Shown here: piece after piece, positions 1 to 14,100 of the stretch | How positions within the stretch are numbered: position 1 is the first letter of the stretch | Layout of the letters: each line of letters starts with the position of its first letter | DNA from: Magallana gigas | Lineage: Eukaryota | Direction of reading: 5' to 3' | Length of the DNA stretch: 64,000 bases | NCBI RefSeq assembly: GCF_963853765.1 | Contig: NC_088854.1 | Location: 1,054,001-1,118,000, forward strand | Translations under genes and position numbers: made by a program | The notes under the pieces: model-generated | Told to the model about the DNA's origin: nothing | Seen by the model: the letters and a program-made list of their open reading frames with translations, nothing else | Databases searched by the model: none

Positions 1-216
1 AATTATATTGTCAAATAAAATGACTTCTCCAAGAAAAATTTAAAAAGTAAATAAGATTATTCTGTAAATTTTATTCTGAATCTTTAAGACCTGCACTCCT
101 TCATGTCCTTGGCAGTTGTAAAAAATTTAGAATTTCCGAATTGAAAATGACAGTGAAATTTACATCAAATGTTATCTTCTACAACAGTCTACACATAAGT
201 TGAAACAAGCACTTAC

Positions 217-358
217 AGCTCCTTATGGATATGAGGAGACTCTTTCATCGACTTGGCCTCGTAATATGTGCATTTACTCGGCAAGTCTGGTCTCTGCCAG
301 TTACGGAAAGGACTGGCATTTGCCGCAGGACAACTCTTTTCTGACATTTTCTGATATT
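217..358 (-). CDS. CBS: Cystathionine beta-synthase, first coding exon (N-terminal heme-binding segment); gene continues leftward out of the window
   Basis: Exon bounded by ttgtag| and |gtaagt. It translates MSEKSCPAANASPFRNWQRPDLPSKCTYYEAKSMKESPHIHKEL, matching the CBS heme motif as I recall it from human (WIRPDAPSRCTW...ESPHHH), with both the Cys and His heme ligands present. Confidence 0.85.
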
Positions 359-456
359 CTACAATTACAGAAAAGGCACAGTGAGTAGTTACAATTAGAA
401 AAAAGCCCGGCGAGTGGGAACTCAACAAATTTAGATACTATGCAGTAATTTGAGAA

Positions 457-1032
457 AAGGACTATGTGCGGTATGGTCTAATATATGCCCCCAACTTTAA
501 CCAATTTTTAAATAGTGTCGTATAAAAATCAAATCTTCATAAATCATTGTACAGTGGACGCCTATCACTTTAATCTTGATTTTAACCACCATTGCTCATT
601 GGCTATTTATCAATGATGTCAAATTTATGACCTTTTTCCCGCAAATTTGCAAATGGATGAAAATATTCTCATTTTTGCTTTATATTTTTCATTCGGAAGT
701 ATAGAGCGCAGGTCTGCTCAAGTAAGATTTTAATATATGTTTTTCTTCAGATTATTATACACACTAAAAAACTGTACTTGAGCAAGCCTGCGCTCAATGT
801 TTCCCAGTCAAAAAACCATCGGAAAACACCCATATTTTGCTTCAAAACATCAATTTATCAAAATTAGGCAATCTTCATGACGTCATTTCTACATTATGAC
901 GTCACAGTGGTGATAACCTTTTGCACCCTTATTTTTAAATATGATTCTTACTATCTTCACCCTTATTTTTAAAGTGCTTTATAAAACTTTAATTTTGGGG
1001 GCAAAAAATGCATAAAACCGCACATAGTCCTT
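457..1032. mobile_element. Non-autonomous TIR DNA element (MITE), copy 1
   Basis: TIRs AAGGACTATGTGCGGT...ACCGCACATAGTCCTT; homologous inverted copy at 18754-19324. Confidence 0.8.
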
Positions 1033-1571
1033 TATCCTATATATTATTGTCTAAATGATGTTTCTCGTGATATTACTTGATTGGCATTCCTAAAAAAAAA
1101 TACATGTCAGAATATTTGATTTTAATAACAATAAAATGAGAAATGCTATCTACTGCAGTGGGTCTTGATTAGATCATAGCAACACATATTTCATCTTCAT
1201 TTTTGACCATTTCGATCCTTATATTGCTTTAAATTATATGGGAGAATACATACATTATTTATGTCTATGAGTACATGTAGTATAAATATCTGTAAACAGA
1301 AACATCTGCTATAGGAAAAATCACACAAACCGTGTTTAATTATTTAAAAAAAACCCGAATGGGCCTGTTTTAAAAAATCAGTCATGCAATTGTCAAAATA
1401 TATGACAAAAAGTAACAATCAGGAAGCGTGATCATTTATAAACATGATAAAATATAGCGTTACATCATTCATGGTCTTTCAGACATACCTGCTTTTTTGA
1501 TATATGTAATTTTACATATCAAAGCGATTTATTAAAAAAAAAAACTGTGTCCAAGATATAGAATAAGTTAC

Positions 1572-1640
1572 CTGGCCAAGCCTCCACGGTGTACAATTTC
1601 GATTGGTCGAGTTGTGGTTTGGTGTCATATGACCTTCACC
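1572..1640 (-). other. CBS: Probable non-coding first exon of CBS
   Basis: Good donor CCAG|gtaact at 1572 in a GC-richer patch adjacent to the divergent receptor gene start. The upstream boundary is a guess. Confidence 0.45.
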
Positions 1641-1887
1641 TTTCTCTATTTACCAAATTTATTCTCTAGTGCGCACTTGTTGACCAAAATTATGTGATGG
1701 ACTATATGAATGATAAAAAAATATGAATAATTGGAATAGGATATGTTCATTGACAAATTAATAATAAAAAAAAAATTCGGCTGTCGGTCGGCACACCCTA
1801 CAGTAACAACTCCGAGTATCTTTCGTCTGACTTATCTAAACCCGATTCCCCGTTCGTCGGGAAAAGCTGTGTTCGTCTGCTGGGGAA
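1640..1887. promoter_or_regulatory. Putative bidirectional promoter / 5' UTR region between CBS (-) and the receptor pseudokinase (+)
   Basis: The two first exons diverge within ~300 bp (donor at 1572 on minus, ATG at 1888 on plus). Confidence 0.45.
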
Positions 1888-4800
1888 ATGTTTCAATATT
1901 TTTCATTTCTGTCATCGTTTGTTGGTAAGGTTACATTGTGCTTTTTATTCGCATTGAAATTTAATGTTACCATAGTTCTGTTATTAATCAACATTTCCTA
2001 AAGTTAACAACTTAGCAAGTTGGCAGTTGCTATTATAGTTCCTTGTACAGTGTATCAATCAAGCATAGCTAAGTTTGTACAACATGCCAATGGCCCAAAG
2101 ACACCTTCACAGTAACTTCAATACTGCTCTTTTGCTGGGAAAAATGACATAGTTTGTTGAAATTTGACGTAACGGTAATTATGTCGTTTAATCGTCTACC
2201 TATAGTATTCTGGCTATTCACTCTGGTGCCAAAATTATGTCAATTTTTTTTCTTTTCACTACATGTATATATATTCCATTGAAAACTAACATTTTTAAAG
2301 AAATGTTAATAGGTAGCCCCTTGACTAGTTTTGAAAAGACCTGGAATTTAAATTTTATCTAGGTGTTTTTTTTGGTGGCATCATATTTGAACTATTTTTC
2401 CAACCTTCTGTAAGCTATATAGTGTTCATGAGATTTCATATTTATAATTAAATAACATCAATCCAAAGTAAGATATTTGGCTCATGTATCACAAATGATA
2501 TAAAGTAGAACTCTTTAAAAATATCTTGGTGTTAATTGTGTTTGAAATATCAAGATATCAATTTTCCCAGTAAATAATGTTTTCAATCTTGTTTCTCATG
2601 AGTCTTTTAAATGTAAAGAAAATTGATAAAGCTGCTGTATGTGTTTCGGTTTCCCTACCATGAAAGAGTCACAATATTCTTGTTCTTATGATTTTGAAAA
2701 TGTATGTTTATGGAGAACATTTTTTGGGTATTTCCATTTTAATATGTGACAATCAGACTGGTTTGAATACCAGTGCCAGATAGCTTATGTGGTAGAGCAC
2801 CTGACTAGAGGTTTAGGGGGCACATGTTCGGATCCTGGTCAAGTATGTCATTATTTTTCCCCTCCCCGATACATTTGGTGCTCTGACCAACCCCTGGAAT
2901 GTGGAACTGACAGGAAAACTTCTTTCAAGGGAAAGAGCCTGGAGTAATCTTCAAGGGCAAAGATATTAATTTAAGAGGTAGGGGGAGATGTGATGATCAG
3001 ACCAGTTTAAATACCAGCGCTAGATATTTCAGTTGGTAGAACACCTGTCTAGAGATTCAGGAGGCCAGTGTTCAAATCTCAGTCTAGTCTGTCTTTATTT
3101 CTTCCATCCTGTTGCATTTAGTACCATACCCTTCCCTGGAACTTACAGGTTAACCCCTAATGCCAGGGGAAAGAGCCTTTAATACCAGGAGTGATCTTTG
3201 CGGACAAAGATCATTTTTAAAAGGGGGAGGAATGTGACGGTCAGATCGCTTCTGAGTCACATGCCGGCGCCAGAGAGCTCAGTTTGTAAAGCACCTGACT
3301 AGAAATTCAGGTGGTCCATGTTCAAATCTCAGTCTGGTCTGTCATTTTTTCTTCCTTACCGTTACAGTAATATTTAAATCATATAATTTGGTCTTTCTAT
3401 GCCTGCAATCCATATTTTTTTTTTTTATAAAAGATAATCATGTTTAAGATTTCTTTAGTGGAAATACATTAAGAGAAAATAAAATCTTGGTTCTATAAAA
3501 ATTAAAAGAAGCATAACAGCCATTATTTGTATAATAATATCATCTTTAATGCTAATTTAAAAATTAAAGATTTAATTTTTTTAACCCAGCCAGCTCAGTT
3601 TTTGAATGTACCAGTTGTATATGATGATATCAGTAAGATATTTATATCAAGAGCTACAGTGTAATGCAATTATAAAGTTCTTGAAAGTGTTTTCCACATA
3701 AACATTTTGTAACATATGTAGAGTATAACCTACCTATACATTTATAGTGTTACTTTTAAACAAACTACCGTAATAGAGAATAGTCTAATTAAAAGAAACA
3801 TATTTCTCAAAATAGACTCCTGTCCTCACACTGCATGTTAAATATTGAATCTGGGAGGTACCGTGCAGGAAAATAGCAAGCAAGATAGATTAATCTTAAG
3901 ATGCTTGTGACACCCAGTGTTTTATTTTATTCTCCAGTGCCCACATCATACAAATTCGATAAGAAAAAAAATTCATAATCGAGTTGTATTATCAATAATG
4001 CCAAGTTGTTGGGTTCACAACATATATCTACCTTGGTTGGTCTCAGTAAATTTAATCATTTTGCTCTTTTTTATGTAACAATAAAATATTACATTGATTT
4101 GATTTAAATTTTATTTTAATTTTTTTATCTACTTTTCAAATGGAGGACACATTTCTCTTCATTCTCCAGTGCCCACATTATACAAATTTAATAAGGAAAA
4201 AATACATAAGGGAGTAAGTTATTTTCTATCGCCATGTTCATTTTAATTTGGTTCAGAACATGCATCTTCCTACCACAGTTGGTTGCATCTCATGAAATGT
4301 ACATTACATTGATTCCAGGTTCATATATTATTGCAATTTATTTGATTTATTTTACTGTATGTCTGTATATTCTACAATAGTACTTCTTCAACAAACACTG
4401 TTTTACAACTATGTGATTGAACAAACAATATGACAAATTGTATGTTAATTAAAAGTTAAAATAGTTACTGTTCAGTATCTGTTACACATGTTATATACAC
4501 AAGGATTGAACTGTTGAATACAGTGAATGCATAAATTGAAGTGATTATTCAGTATGTGATGCTTTTTATATAATAGATACATTCTGTTGACTACACCTAT
4601 ATTTAGTTGTAAATACTCTTGAAATTATTTGCAACTGATTTATTCAGGATATATTAATCATGAAGTGATACTTCACAATATAAAACACATGCAGAAGCGA
4701 ATGTTCTGAAAGATCAGAATATGTTCTTTAATGTTTAATACTGTGGAATCATTAGATTTCGTGGTGGCTCAATTTTCGTGGAATTTGTGGGTACCTCTCA

Positions 4801-5078
4801 TCCACGAATTAACATCCTCCACGAATTATATATTAGGGTTAAAAAGTCATATTTCATTTTGTAGGTATAAGAAAATACACAAAATTACGTCCCCACGAAC
4901 CTATAAAATTTCAGCAATCCACGAAAATTGACCCCCACCAAATTTGATGATTCCACAGTAACAGATACAAGCTAGAATTTTATGTTGAACTATATTATGG
5001 TATATAGATAAATTAGCAAGACATTAATTTGGACAATAATTTGGGTTAATTTTATTAATTTACTCTGAGCAAATACTG

Positions 5079-5116
<38 letters not shown>

Positions 5117-8100
5117 AAATTTAGTTCAATTTTTTTATTGTATTATACTCCATATACATGTATATGTAAGATCAGTCATCAACAGCAATATAACAGACAG
5201 TCTGCCAATATCATGGTCAGTGTACAAGCCTTAAAGATAATTAGTAGCAAGTATGAATAATTAAAAACTCCCAGAACAGTTCTGGTGGTTGTATAGTGAT
5301 GAGATTATCTGTAATTATTTGTTTAATGAAATTTACTGGAATTGTGGTAAACACAGCTCTGATAGAGATCTGAGAGAATATGACAGATGTGAGTACAAAT
5401 AGTCTACAGATGCAGAAAACACCCATAAACTTCAGATATCACACATGCAACTATTTTATTTTTAGCTGACAAAGGACACATTATCCTATTGATTTCCTGA
5501 ATGTGTGAACAAAGAACTCAGATCTAATAAGATATTGCATGTAGAGGGTGGTAGTTCTATTCCCAGTCTCTGTCAAACAAGAGAGTCATGATGGGCCAGC
5601 TAGTCTTTGTTATACATCGTGTGCATAATTGATGAATTAACAGTCACACACCTCATAGACTCTGAGTATGAAGGTAACCTCTGCCCTGAAGTGATGATAA
5701 TTGAGCCCATTGGTCTGTGAAGGTGCTGCATTTTTTATGATGTAAAACAATAAAAACTATTGGTGTCAGAAATTCATTTTGCATCACTGGCTCCAAGCCT
5801 AATGTGTTAGATTTTTACCAGTAACATTAATTATATAGATCTCAAGTTATAGGGAGATGAATATTGTTGATTGATGAGCATGCATGTACATACATGTATT
5901 ACATTTTAAAAAATATTATTTGGAGCAAATCAAACTCCATAACCCCCTCCCTCCCAGTCCCATCCCCTCTCCAACAACTTGCTGACCCTAAAATTAACAG
6001 GAGCCATATAGTATCGTTTCAAACCAAACTTTGTTCCATTGATCCAGTTAAAATACATGCATATATATAATTTGCATGGTTATTGTCACAGGATTCTAAT
6101 AACCTCAACTTAAACAGACTTGATAAAGCTTTGTTCTCTGGATAAAATCTAAAAACCCCTGTCAATGAGATGCTGCTTTTACTAATCAGCCCAATGTGAT
6201 CAATAACTAGACAATGCTTTGTCTTTACAGTATCGGCGGGTCTGTTGACACTCCAGGGCCCAGACAATCGCACGGCAGTGCTACACCGTGGAGCTAATCT
6301 GAGCTGTAATATTCTGAAGGATGGCAAGGCTCTCGCCAGTCTCCACGAGGTGGAGGAGCCGTACAGACTCACCTGGAGCTTTACAGGTAATTAGCATTAA
6401 TAGGCTCATTACAGGTGTGTAGTACTAGCTGAATGAGTGGCCGCTAATCAATAGATTTTATAAATAACAAAGTGTATAGTCAGTCTGTTCGTGCAACATA
6501 ATTAAATGTCATTCATTAGTTTTTATATTTTATTCTATTATTTATGCCTTACAGTCCTTAAATTACAAGATCAATATTCATAAACAGAAAAGAAAGTAAA
6601 CAATTTCATAGAAGCCGAATTCTAGCATAAACTAAAACTATTTTTTCATAGCTTCTTCTTTGCAAGAGTGTATATAAATATATTTCAGTGAATATTTAAT
6701 GAATAATGGAGTGAGAGAGGATAATGATATAAAGATATAGCTTTGTAAAGACTTCAGAAATTCCTCCATTGTCCTCTGCGACTGTCAATATACCGATGTA
6801 CCTAACAATTGTATGGACTTCTTGCTGTCTTTATAGATCTTGGTTTTTGCAAGTATTGATATCAGAATTTCTTATTGAGTTGAAACTTGTTAGATATATA
6901 AAAAATAGAAATGCATTGTCAATAATCTTTTGTTGAATCCAGGCAACTGAATTATTTTTCTTTTAAAAATGGTTTAATAGATAAAAAAAATATATTAGGT
7001 ACATAAGGAAAAATTGCGATTTAAACCAACAACCTTTATTTCATTTATATGCCAGTAGTACCTTTTTTCCATGTATAGTTCACAATAAATTGAACATCAT
7101 AGAGGGATGAGTAATTTTTAATCGGGTAAACATTTAAAGCACTGTGTTTTTAATTACAGGGGTAGGGGACACGAAGCCTACGCCAATCCATGAGGTATAC
7201 AGCAATGGATTTGCTCTACCGCAGGCCTCCATTAAATACAACAACTCTCACTACAGCAGTGACTTTGACACGACGCTCTACATCTCTAACATCTCCTTCT
7301 CTGATGCTGGCACCTACTCCTGTTCTATAAGGACGGACAGTAAATCTTTTGAGCTGTACGTCATTGGTAAGGAACAGACATCCCAGACTTTAGATTATCC
7401 TATTACACCTTTAGTATTTTTGGGCCACCTTACACACTCAGTCATTGTGATTGCTATTGGTCGTTGACCATTGTTGATCTTATATTGTTTGATGCCTGTT
7501 TTTGGTGAACAATTTTACATTTCTAGATCCATTTAAAAACTGAAGATTTTTTGTCAAAATCTCTGGTATGTATTAAAGCTTCTTTGTAATATGAAGGCCT
7601 GGAGCCTCATAGGTGTGGTCAAAACTTCACCCGCACTGAAACATAAAAAATTCATAACCCAGCTCTTTAATTAATTATGTGTAAGTATTTGAAATAACCT
7701 ATGCTTCATGAAATGATGTAATTTTACAGAGGAGCCTCACTGTCATAACTACAACAGCAGTGTCCAGGTCAGTCAGCAGGCCTTCTTCGACTGTGATGTG
7801 AGTTTCCATGGTAACAATCCTCCAGAAATAAGCTGGAAGCATGACAATAAAGATTTAAACTATTCCTTGGTATATAAAAACAAAACATATACCTTAGCTC
7901 GTTTGTCATTGGTTGCTTCCGAGGAGGATGATGGGAATGTTTATATTTGTCAAGTGACTTTCCCGTCAGTTCACGGCTTTATCTGCCAGACTCTACCCAA
8001 GCTGAAAGTTTATTGTAAGTATAATATCCAATGTATGTAGGTTTTAATGTTTCTTTCTATATAACCCTGTAATTTATATTCTTTTATTTTAAAAAAAGTT

Positions 8101-11100
8101 CTATAAATGTAGGATGAACTGGATTTGGATTTATTCTGAATTTGACAAAATGAACACGATAAATAGTTCATTCGTTCCTCAGTTTTGATCATGTCATCAA
8201 CCCTAACTATATTCTTTTGAATATTTTGAAAAACTTTTTCTTGGTAGTTCCGGTGAAAGAAACGGACATAATCGTGAGTCCCTATCAGGTTGTGTACGAG
8301 GAGGGGACCAGCATCAACCTTCGGTGTGTGGCCAAAGGGGAGCCCCACCCCCATTACTTCTGGACCTTTACCCCCCTTTCTGACCCCCTCAAGGTCTCCA
8401 ACCTGACCACTCACCCAGCTTACAAGATCATCAACGTCAAGAAATCAAACATAGGGAACTATACGTGTAGTGTTCGCAATGAAATAAACCGGACGGTCTA
8501 TACAGACGCTAAGATTGTTTTCCTCAACATCACTGGTGAGTGTCGCTGTAGGTGCATGGGCAGGTCAATAAACTTAATGATCTCTGTGCAAATATGTAAG
8601 GACTCAATAGCATAACTCTTTGTCTCTAAAAATAAATAAATTAGGTTGCTGTTAGCCCTAACCTAATGGCAAAATATTTGAATTTTATATCCTAGATAGA
8701 AAATAATTTTACAAATCTACTGTACATGAAAATTATCAATAAAGATAATCATGAACTAGACTTTATTTATATAGAAACCCCCTATCTTTTTCTATATTTA
8801 CACAGAAAAAGAAGTGTCATCTGTAAAACCTGGATACAGATTGATGGCGGAGTCCACGACAACAGCCGCTGAGCAGACCCACAGTGGGGATGTTAACAGT
8901 GTGTATCCTCTAGTCACTCTGTACCATTTACAGAATCAGCTCACATTTCTCATGTGATCCTTATGATTTTGTTGAAGGTTCCATATTTACCTTACATTTT
9001 GAAGGGTTTACCTGCTAAATTTATCAATTTTTTCTCTTTGACTTTCCTTCTCTCTCCTCAAGTTCATAGAAAGTGAATTAGAGCTAGATTTCCATATTCT
9101 TTGTTATTTTACCCATACTTGGAGTCTTACATTGTGAATGCTGTATTGTACCCTATTTGTAGTTGTAGACAGTATTTTACTTTCATTAATGCTGTATGTT
9201 TTCATAAAATTGATTTTTAACTGTAGAATATAATATGAATGCTGTATTTGACCTCCATTTGGAATTACATAGTGTTTTATTGTTTCTTTATATTAATGCT
9301 GTGTATGACTTTGGTCTCAAGTAGTACATTGTTATATCAATGCTGTTTGTTGACCTAAATCTCTTTGAAGTTGTGTAGTGTTTGATTGTTGCTTTTAATT
9401 ACTGTTTTATTTGAGGCCAGTATGTTGACATTCTCTGTTTCAGTGTGTGCCTATGCAGTGGGTGTTTATTACTGTTGTATTGAGGCCTGTATGTTGACAT
9501 TCTCTGTTTCAGTGTCTGCCTATGCAGTGGGGGCTGTTGTGAGTGCAGTGCTGGCAATATTTCTGATTGTTGTCTTCATCTTGTTAGCCATCAAATTCAG
9601 GGTATGCTCCTTCATCAAATCATTTCAACTTTACAAACTTTACACATTGAAATAAAATATGGCAAACTACTCAGATAAAACATGAAGTTTTTAATTACAA
9701 AGATTCACATTTTTGTCGATATAATTCTATTAGCATTAGGTAAGTTCACTTAACAATAAACTTCAGCATTAGGTAAGCTCACAGGGCATGCTAAAATGTC
9801 ATTATGTTCAAGATTAATGTATCAAAGAAATGAAGACTTCTTTGCATGTGAAACATGAACTCAACAACGAAGCATAAAAGGGTTGTTTACAAATATTAAG
9901 TTTTAAATATAACATGTACATGTGTTCATTTTATAAAAATCAAACAGCCAATCATTGAATAACACCGTAATCATTGTGTGAAATGACAAGAATATTAGCA
10001 TGTCTGAATAAGCCAGTTGGATGATGGTATGTTGTAATCAGATATAAGGTTTTGTGTTATACCCTTACATTAACTTTATGTGTAATGATCTGACCATGTT
10101 CTATCATTACCTTAATCTGATGATTACCAGGTAGGCTAAATTCTTCCATTTACATGCATAAAATTCTGTGTTATAATCAGACCAGATCTACCATATATTA
10201 ACATAAATACGTTCACTTAATTAATTATATGTATATGTAAAGATCAGGCTGAACTCTATTTTACATTAATACATTAATTAACTGTATAATTATGTTATGA
10301 TCAGGGGAGAGAGCGGCGCTACAGAGAAAGGATGGCCCTGGTACAGGATGATTTCACTGACGATCAGGAGCAGGAACTGTTGGACGAGGATATCCCCAGT
10401 CCTAATGATGTCAACATGGAGGTGAGAGTCAGTACAGGTGTAATCAAAACAGGTGTAATCAGTACAGGTATAATCAGGACAGGTATAATCAGTACAGGTA
10501 TAATCAGGACAGGTATAATCAGTACAGGTGTAATCAGTACAGGTGTAATCAGTACAGGTGTAATCAGTACAGGTGTAATCAGTACAGGTGTAATCAGTAC
10601 AGGTGTAATCAGTACAGGTGTAATCAGTAAAGGTGTAATCAGGACAGGTGTAATCAGGACAGGTATAATCAGGACAGGTATAATCAGTACAGGTATAATC
10701 AGGACAGGTATAATCAGTACAGGTGTAATCAGTACAGGTGTAATCAGTAAAGGTGTAATCAGTACAGGTGTAATCAGTACAGGTGTAATCAGGACAGGTG
10801 TAATCAGTACAGGTATAATCAGTACAGGTATAATCAGGACAGGTATAATCAGGACAGGTATAATCAGTACAGGTATAATCAGGACAGGTATAATCAGTAT
10901 AATCAGTACAGGTATAATCAGGACAGGTATAATCAGTACAGGTATAATCAGTACAGGTATAATCAGTACAGGTATAATCAGTACAGGTGTAATCAGGACA
11001 GGTGTAATCAGTACAGGTGTAATCAGTACAGGTATAATCAGGACAGGTATAATCAGTACATGTATAATCCTATTGATGTCAACGTGGAAGTGATAGAATA

Positions 11101-14100
11101 GGTGTAATCAGTACAGGTGTAATCAGTGCAGGTGTAATCAAAACAGGTGTAATCAGAACAGGTGTAATCTTTGTGATTTCACCATGGAAGTGATAGAACA
11201 GCTGTAATCAGTGCAGTTGTAATTATAACAGGTGTAATCAAAACAGGTGTAATCCTAGTGATGTCAACATAGATATGATAGAACAGGTGTAATCAATAGA
11301 GGTGTAATCAGTACAGGTGTAATCAAAACAGGTGTTATCCTTGCGATTTCACCATGGAAGTGATAGAACAGCTGTACTCAGTACAGGTGTAATCAAAACA
11401 GGTGTGATCAGTACAGCCTTATGACTAAATTTATTAAATGCCATTTATAAACTAATCAGTGTTTCAATGCTGATTATGTGTTGATGCTAGTAAAATATTA
11501 CCTGGTAAATTATACAAATAGAAAAAAGATGTGAATAAATTGTTTTATATAAATTCTGTTCATTAAAGATCATACCATGTGACTGACTATATATAAGTCT
11601 TTGTTGTAAGTTCTTTTGTAAAACGCACCCCAGGTAATCAGAATGTTAGAGATGGAACTGGTGTAAGTATAGAGTAAATGCAGGTAGAAGAACAGGTAAT
11701 CAGGAGGTCAGAGCAAGCAGAATAGGCTGTGCATAGTATAAATACAAGTCATATAAAAGATTCTGTGAATGAAACAATAATGATGAAATCAGTGCACCTG
11801 CTAGATGCAACACTAATTTATTAGAATGATAGCATTGATGTTCAATGTGTTATAGGTACCGGGTCAGTACAGTAGACTAGGCGAGTACTGGGAGATCCGT
11901 ATGCGAGATGTGGTACTAATTATAGGAACTAATGACATTGATGTCCATTGTGTTTTAGATACAGGGCCAGTACAGGAGACTAGGGGAGTACTGGGAGATC
12001 CCCAAGAGAGACGTACGGCTGATGGACCTGATAGCGACCGGCTCGTACTGTGAGGTGTGGAGGGGACGGATGAGAAAACACTCGGACAGCACCGATGTCC
12101 TAAGAGTGGCCATCAAGAAAATGCTAGGTACCATCTCTGGGAAGCTAGTGGCTATATCAGTCCTTTCATGTCCACAACTTTTATTAGGAAAAATATCAGT
12201 TAGAGGTTCATTCTTGGCATAAAAGTTGCTTTTGACATGAGTGTCAATGTCACAGCATCATCATCAGTATGGAATTTATCTAAAACAGGCCTTTTTGGAT
12301 GAATGGAGGTGTTAATAGTCATATGTGGACACTTTATGTTAAATTTATTTCTGTTTTAAAGTACATTAAGTTATCACTTGAATGGTACAGTAATTATACA
12401 TTTGTCTGAATTGATGGTACATGTACTTGGAGGCTTAAGTCAAAAAGATATATTCTTCCTTTTTGTTCTTTTCTTTTACTTCAATTACTATAGAAGGCGT
12501 TGTTTATAAATCTTTCATCAGGGATATGATGTGAGTAAATTATCTATATGTAACAATGTCTGAGTATAAAAGATTCTATAGCATAACAGTTACAGTATCT
12601 TATGATGTAAAAGTCTGTTAAACTTTGTTGTATCAGATGATGCCTCAGCTGTGGGAAGAAAGTACTTCTTAGCAGAAATGGAGGTGATGAAGTCATTGAA
12701 GGCCCATAGTAATGTCATCACCCTCATCGGCTGTTACACTCTCACAGGTAATGTCATCATCCTCACCCTAATGTCATCACCCTCATTGGCTGTTACACTC
12801 TCGCAGGTAATGTCATCACACTCACAGGTAATGTCATCAACTGACAGGTAATGTCATCACCCTCAAAGGTAATGTCATCACCCTCACAGGTAATGTCATC
12901 CCTCTCATTGGCTGTTAGACTCTCACAGGTAATGACATCACCCTCATCAGCTGTTAGACTCTCACAGGTAATGTCATCACCCTCATAGTAATTTCATCAT
13001 CTTAAGGTAATGTCATCACCTTAACCGTAATCCCAGCACCCTCATCAGCTGTTACACACTCACAGGTAATGTCATCACCCTCACTGTAATGTCATCACAC
13101 TCACAGGTAATGTCATCCCCCTCATTGGCTGTTACACTCTCACAGGTAATGTCATCCCCCTCATTGGCTGTTACACTCTCACAGGTAATGTCATCACACT
13201 CATTGGCTGTTAGACTCTCACAGGTAATGTCATCACCCTCATAGGCTCCAACACTCCCACAGGTAATGTGATCACCCTCATAGTAATTTCATCATCCTAA
13301 GGTAATGTCATCACCCTAACTGTAGTGCCATCACCTCATCAGCTGTTACACACTTGGTATACAAATTTATCATAAGTCAAGTTCGATTTTAGGTACAATT
13401 GAGCAGGTTTGGACAGAGTTATGCCCGTTGGACTTAAAAAAATTCAAATTATTTGCAGTTTCCACTCATTTTTTTTTCATGGATGTTTCCAAGGGAGGGG
13501 GGCATAAGTGTTTTACAAACATCTCTTGTTTTTTTAGAGATTTTTCATTCATAACTTTTCACATGCAAGTTGGTTTTCACCACAATAACCTGCTTACAGA
13601 GCCCTGGATGCTGATGTTAGAGTACGCCCATGAGGGGACCTTACAGCGGTACCTCCAGAAACACAGCCCCGGGGCTCAGCACGTGGAGATACAGTCCCAG
13701 GAGTCAGTGCGACTCAAGAACAGCAAAATAGACGCCAAGAAGCTGCTCTCTATGGCCACCCAGGTCATCAACGGCCTGCTACACCTCACTAAGTACAAGG
13801 TGGGATCTGTAATAACCCTGCAGTGTTTGTATCTACTTGCAATAGCAAAATAGATATTTTAGGGTTAAAATCAATGATTTTTTTTATTGAAGAAATTAAT
13901 AATGCCATAATCATGAAATTATATCATGATTATAATTATTATTGTATTTATGGATGTGTACAAGACAATTTAAAATTTGTAAACATTTGCATTTCTTTTA
14001 CATGTGTTGCTGTAATGTTAACTTTAAGTTATGAATGGTAACATTTTATGCAACAGCTGATATACTACCGCTTGTCGGCATCGAGTATTCTGGTTGCCAA

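Noticed and set aside
2775-3340. Functional tRNA-Ser(AGA) genes
   Set aside because: T-stems do not pair, there is no long variable arm, and the copies are mutually diverged.
5659-5673. 15-nt in-frame microexon (ag|ACTCTGAGTATGAAG|gtaacc)
   Set aside because: It would insert DSEYE into the signal peptide; there is no support beyond chance splice-like motifs.
8010-8414. 134-aa minus-strand ORF
   Set aside because: Overlaps the Ig3 exon and intron antisense; no recognisable motif.
10332-11093. 253-aa ORF as an independent gene
   Set aside because: It is the real exon 10305-10421 plus a stop-free 15-bp intronic minisatellite.
11856-11912. Extra coding exon from the duplicated kinase acceptor
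   Set aside because: Read-through is out of frame (103 nt), and using the internal donor leaves only a 46-nt intron; treated as a decayed duplicate.
12806-13262. Alternative donors extending the kinase exon
   Set aside because: The next donor is 59 nt downstream (frameshift) and the frame stops at 12851.
12709-13352. CRISPR-like array
   Set aside because: Repeats are contiguous with no unique spacers, derive from a host exon, and the context is eukaryotic with no cas genes. The same applies to the 15-, 50- and 166-bp arrays.
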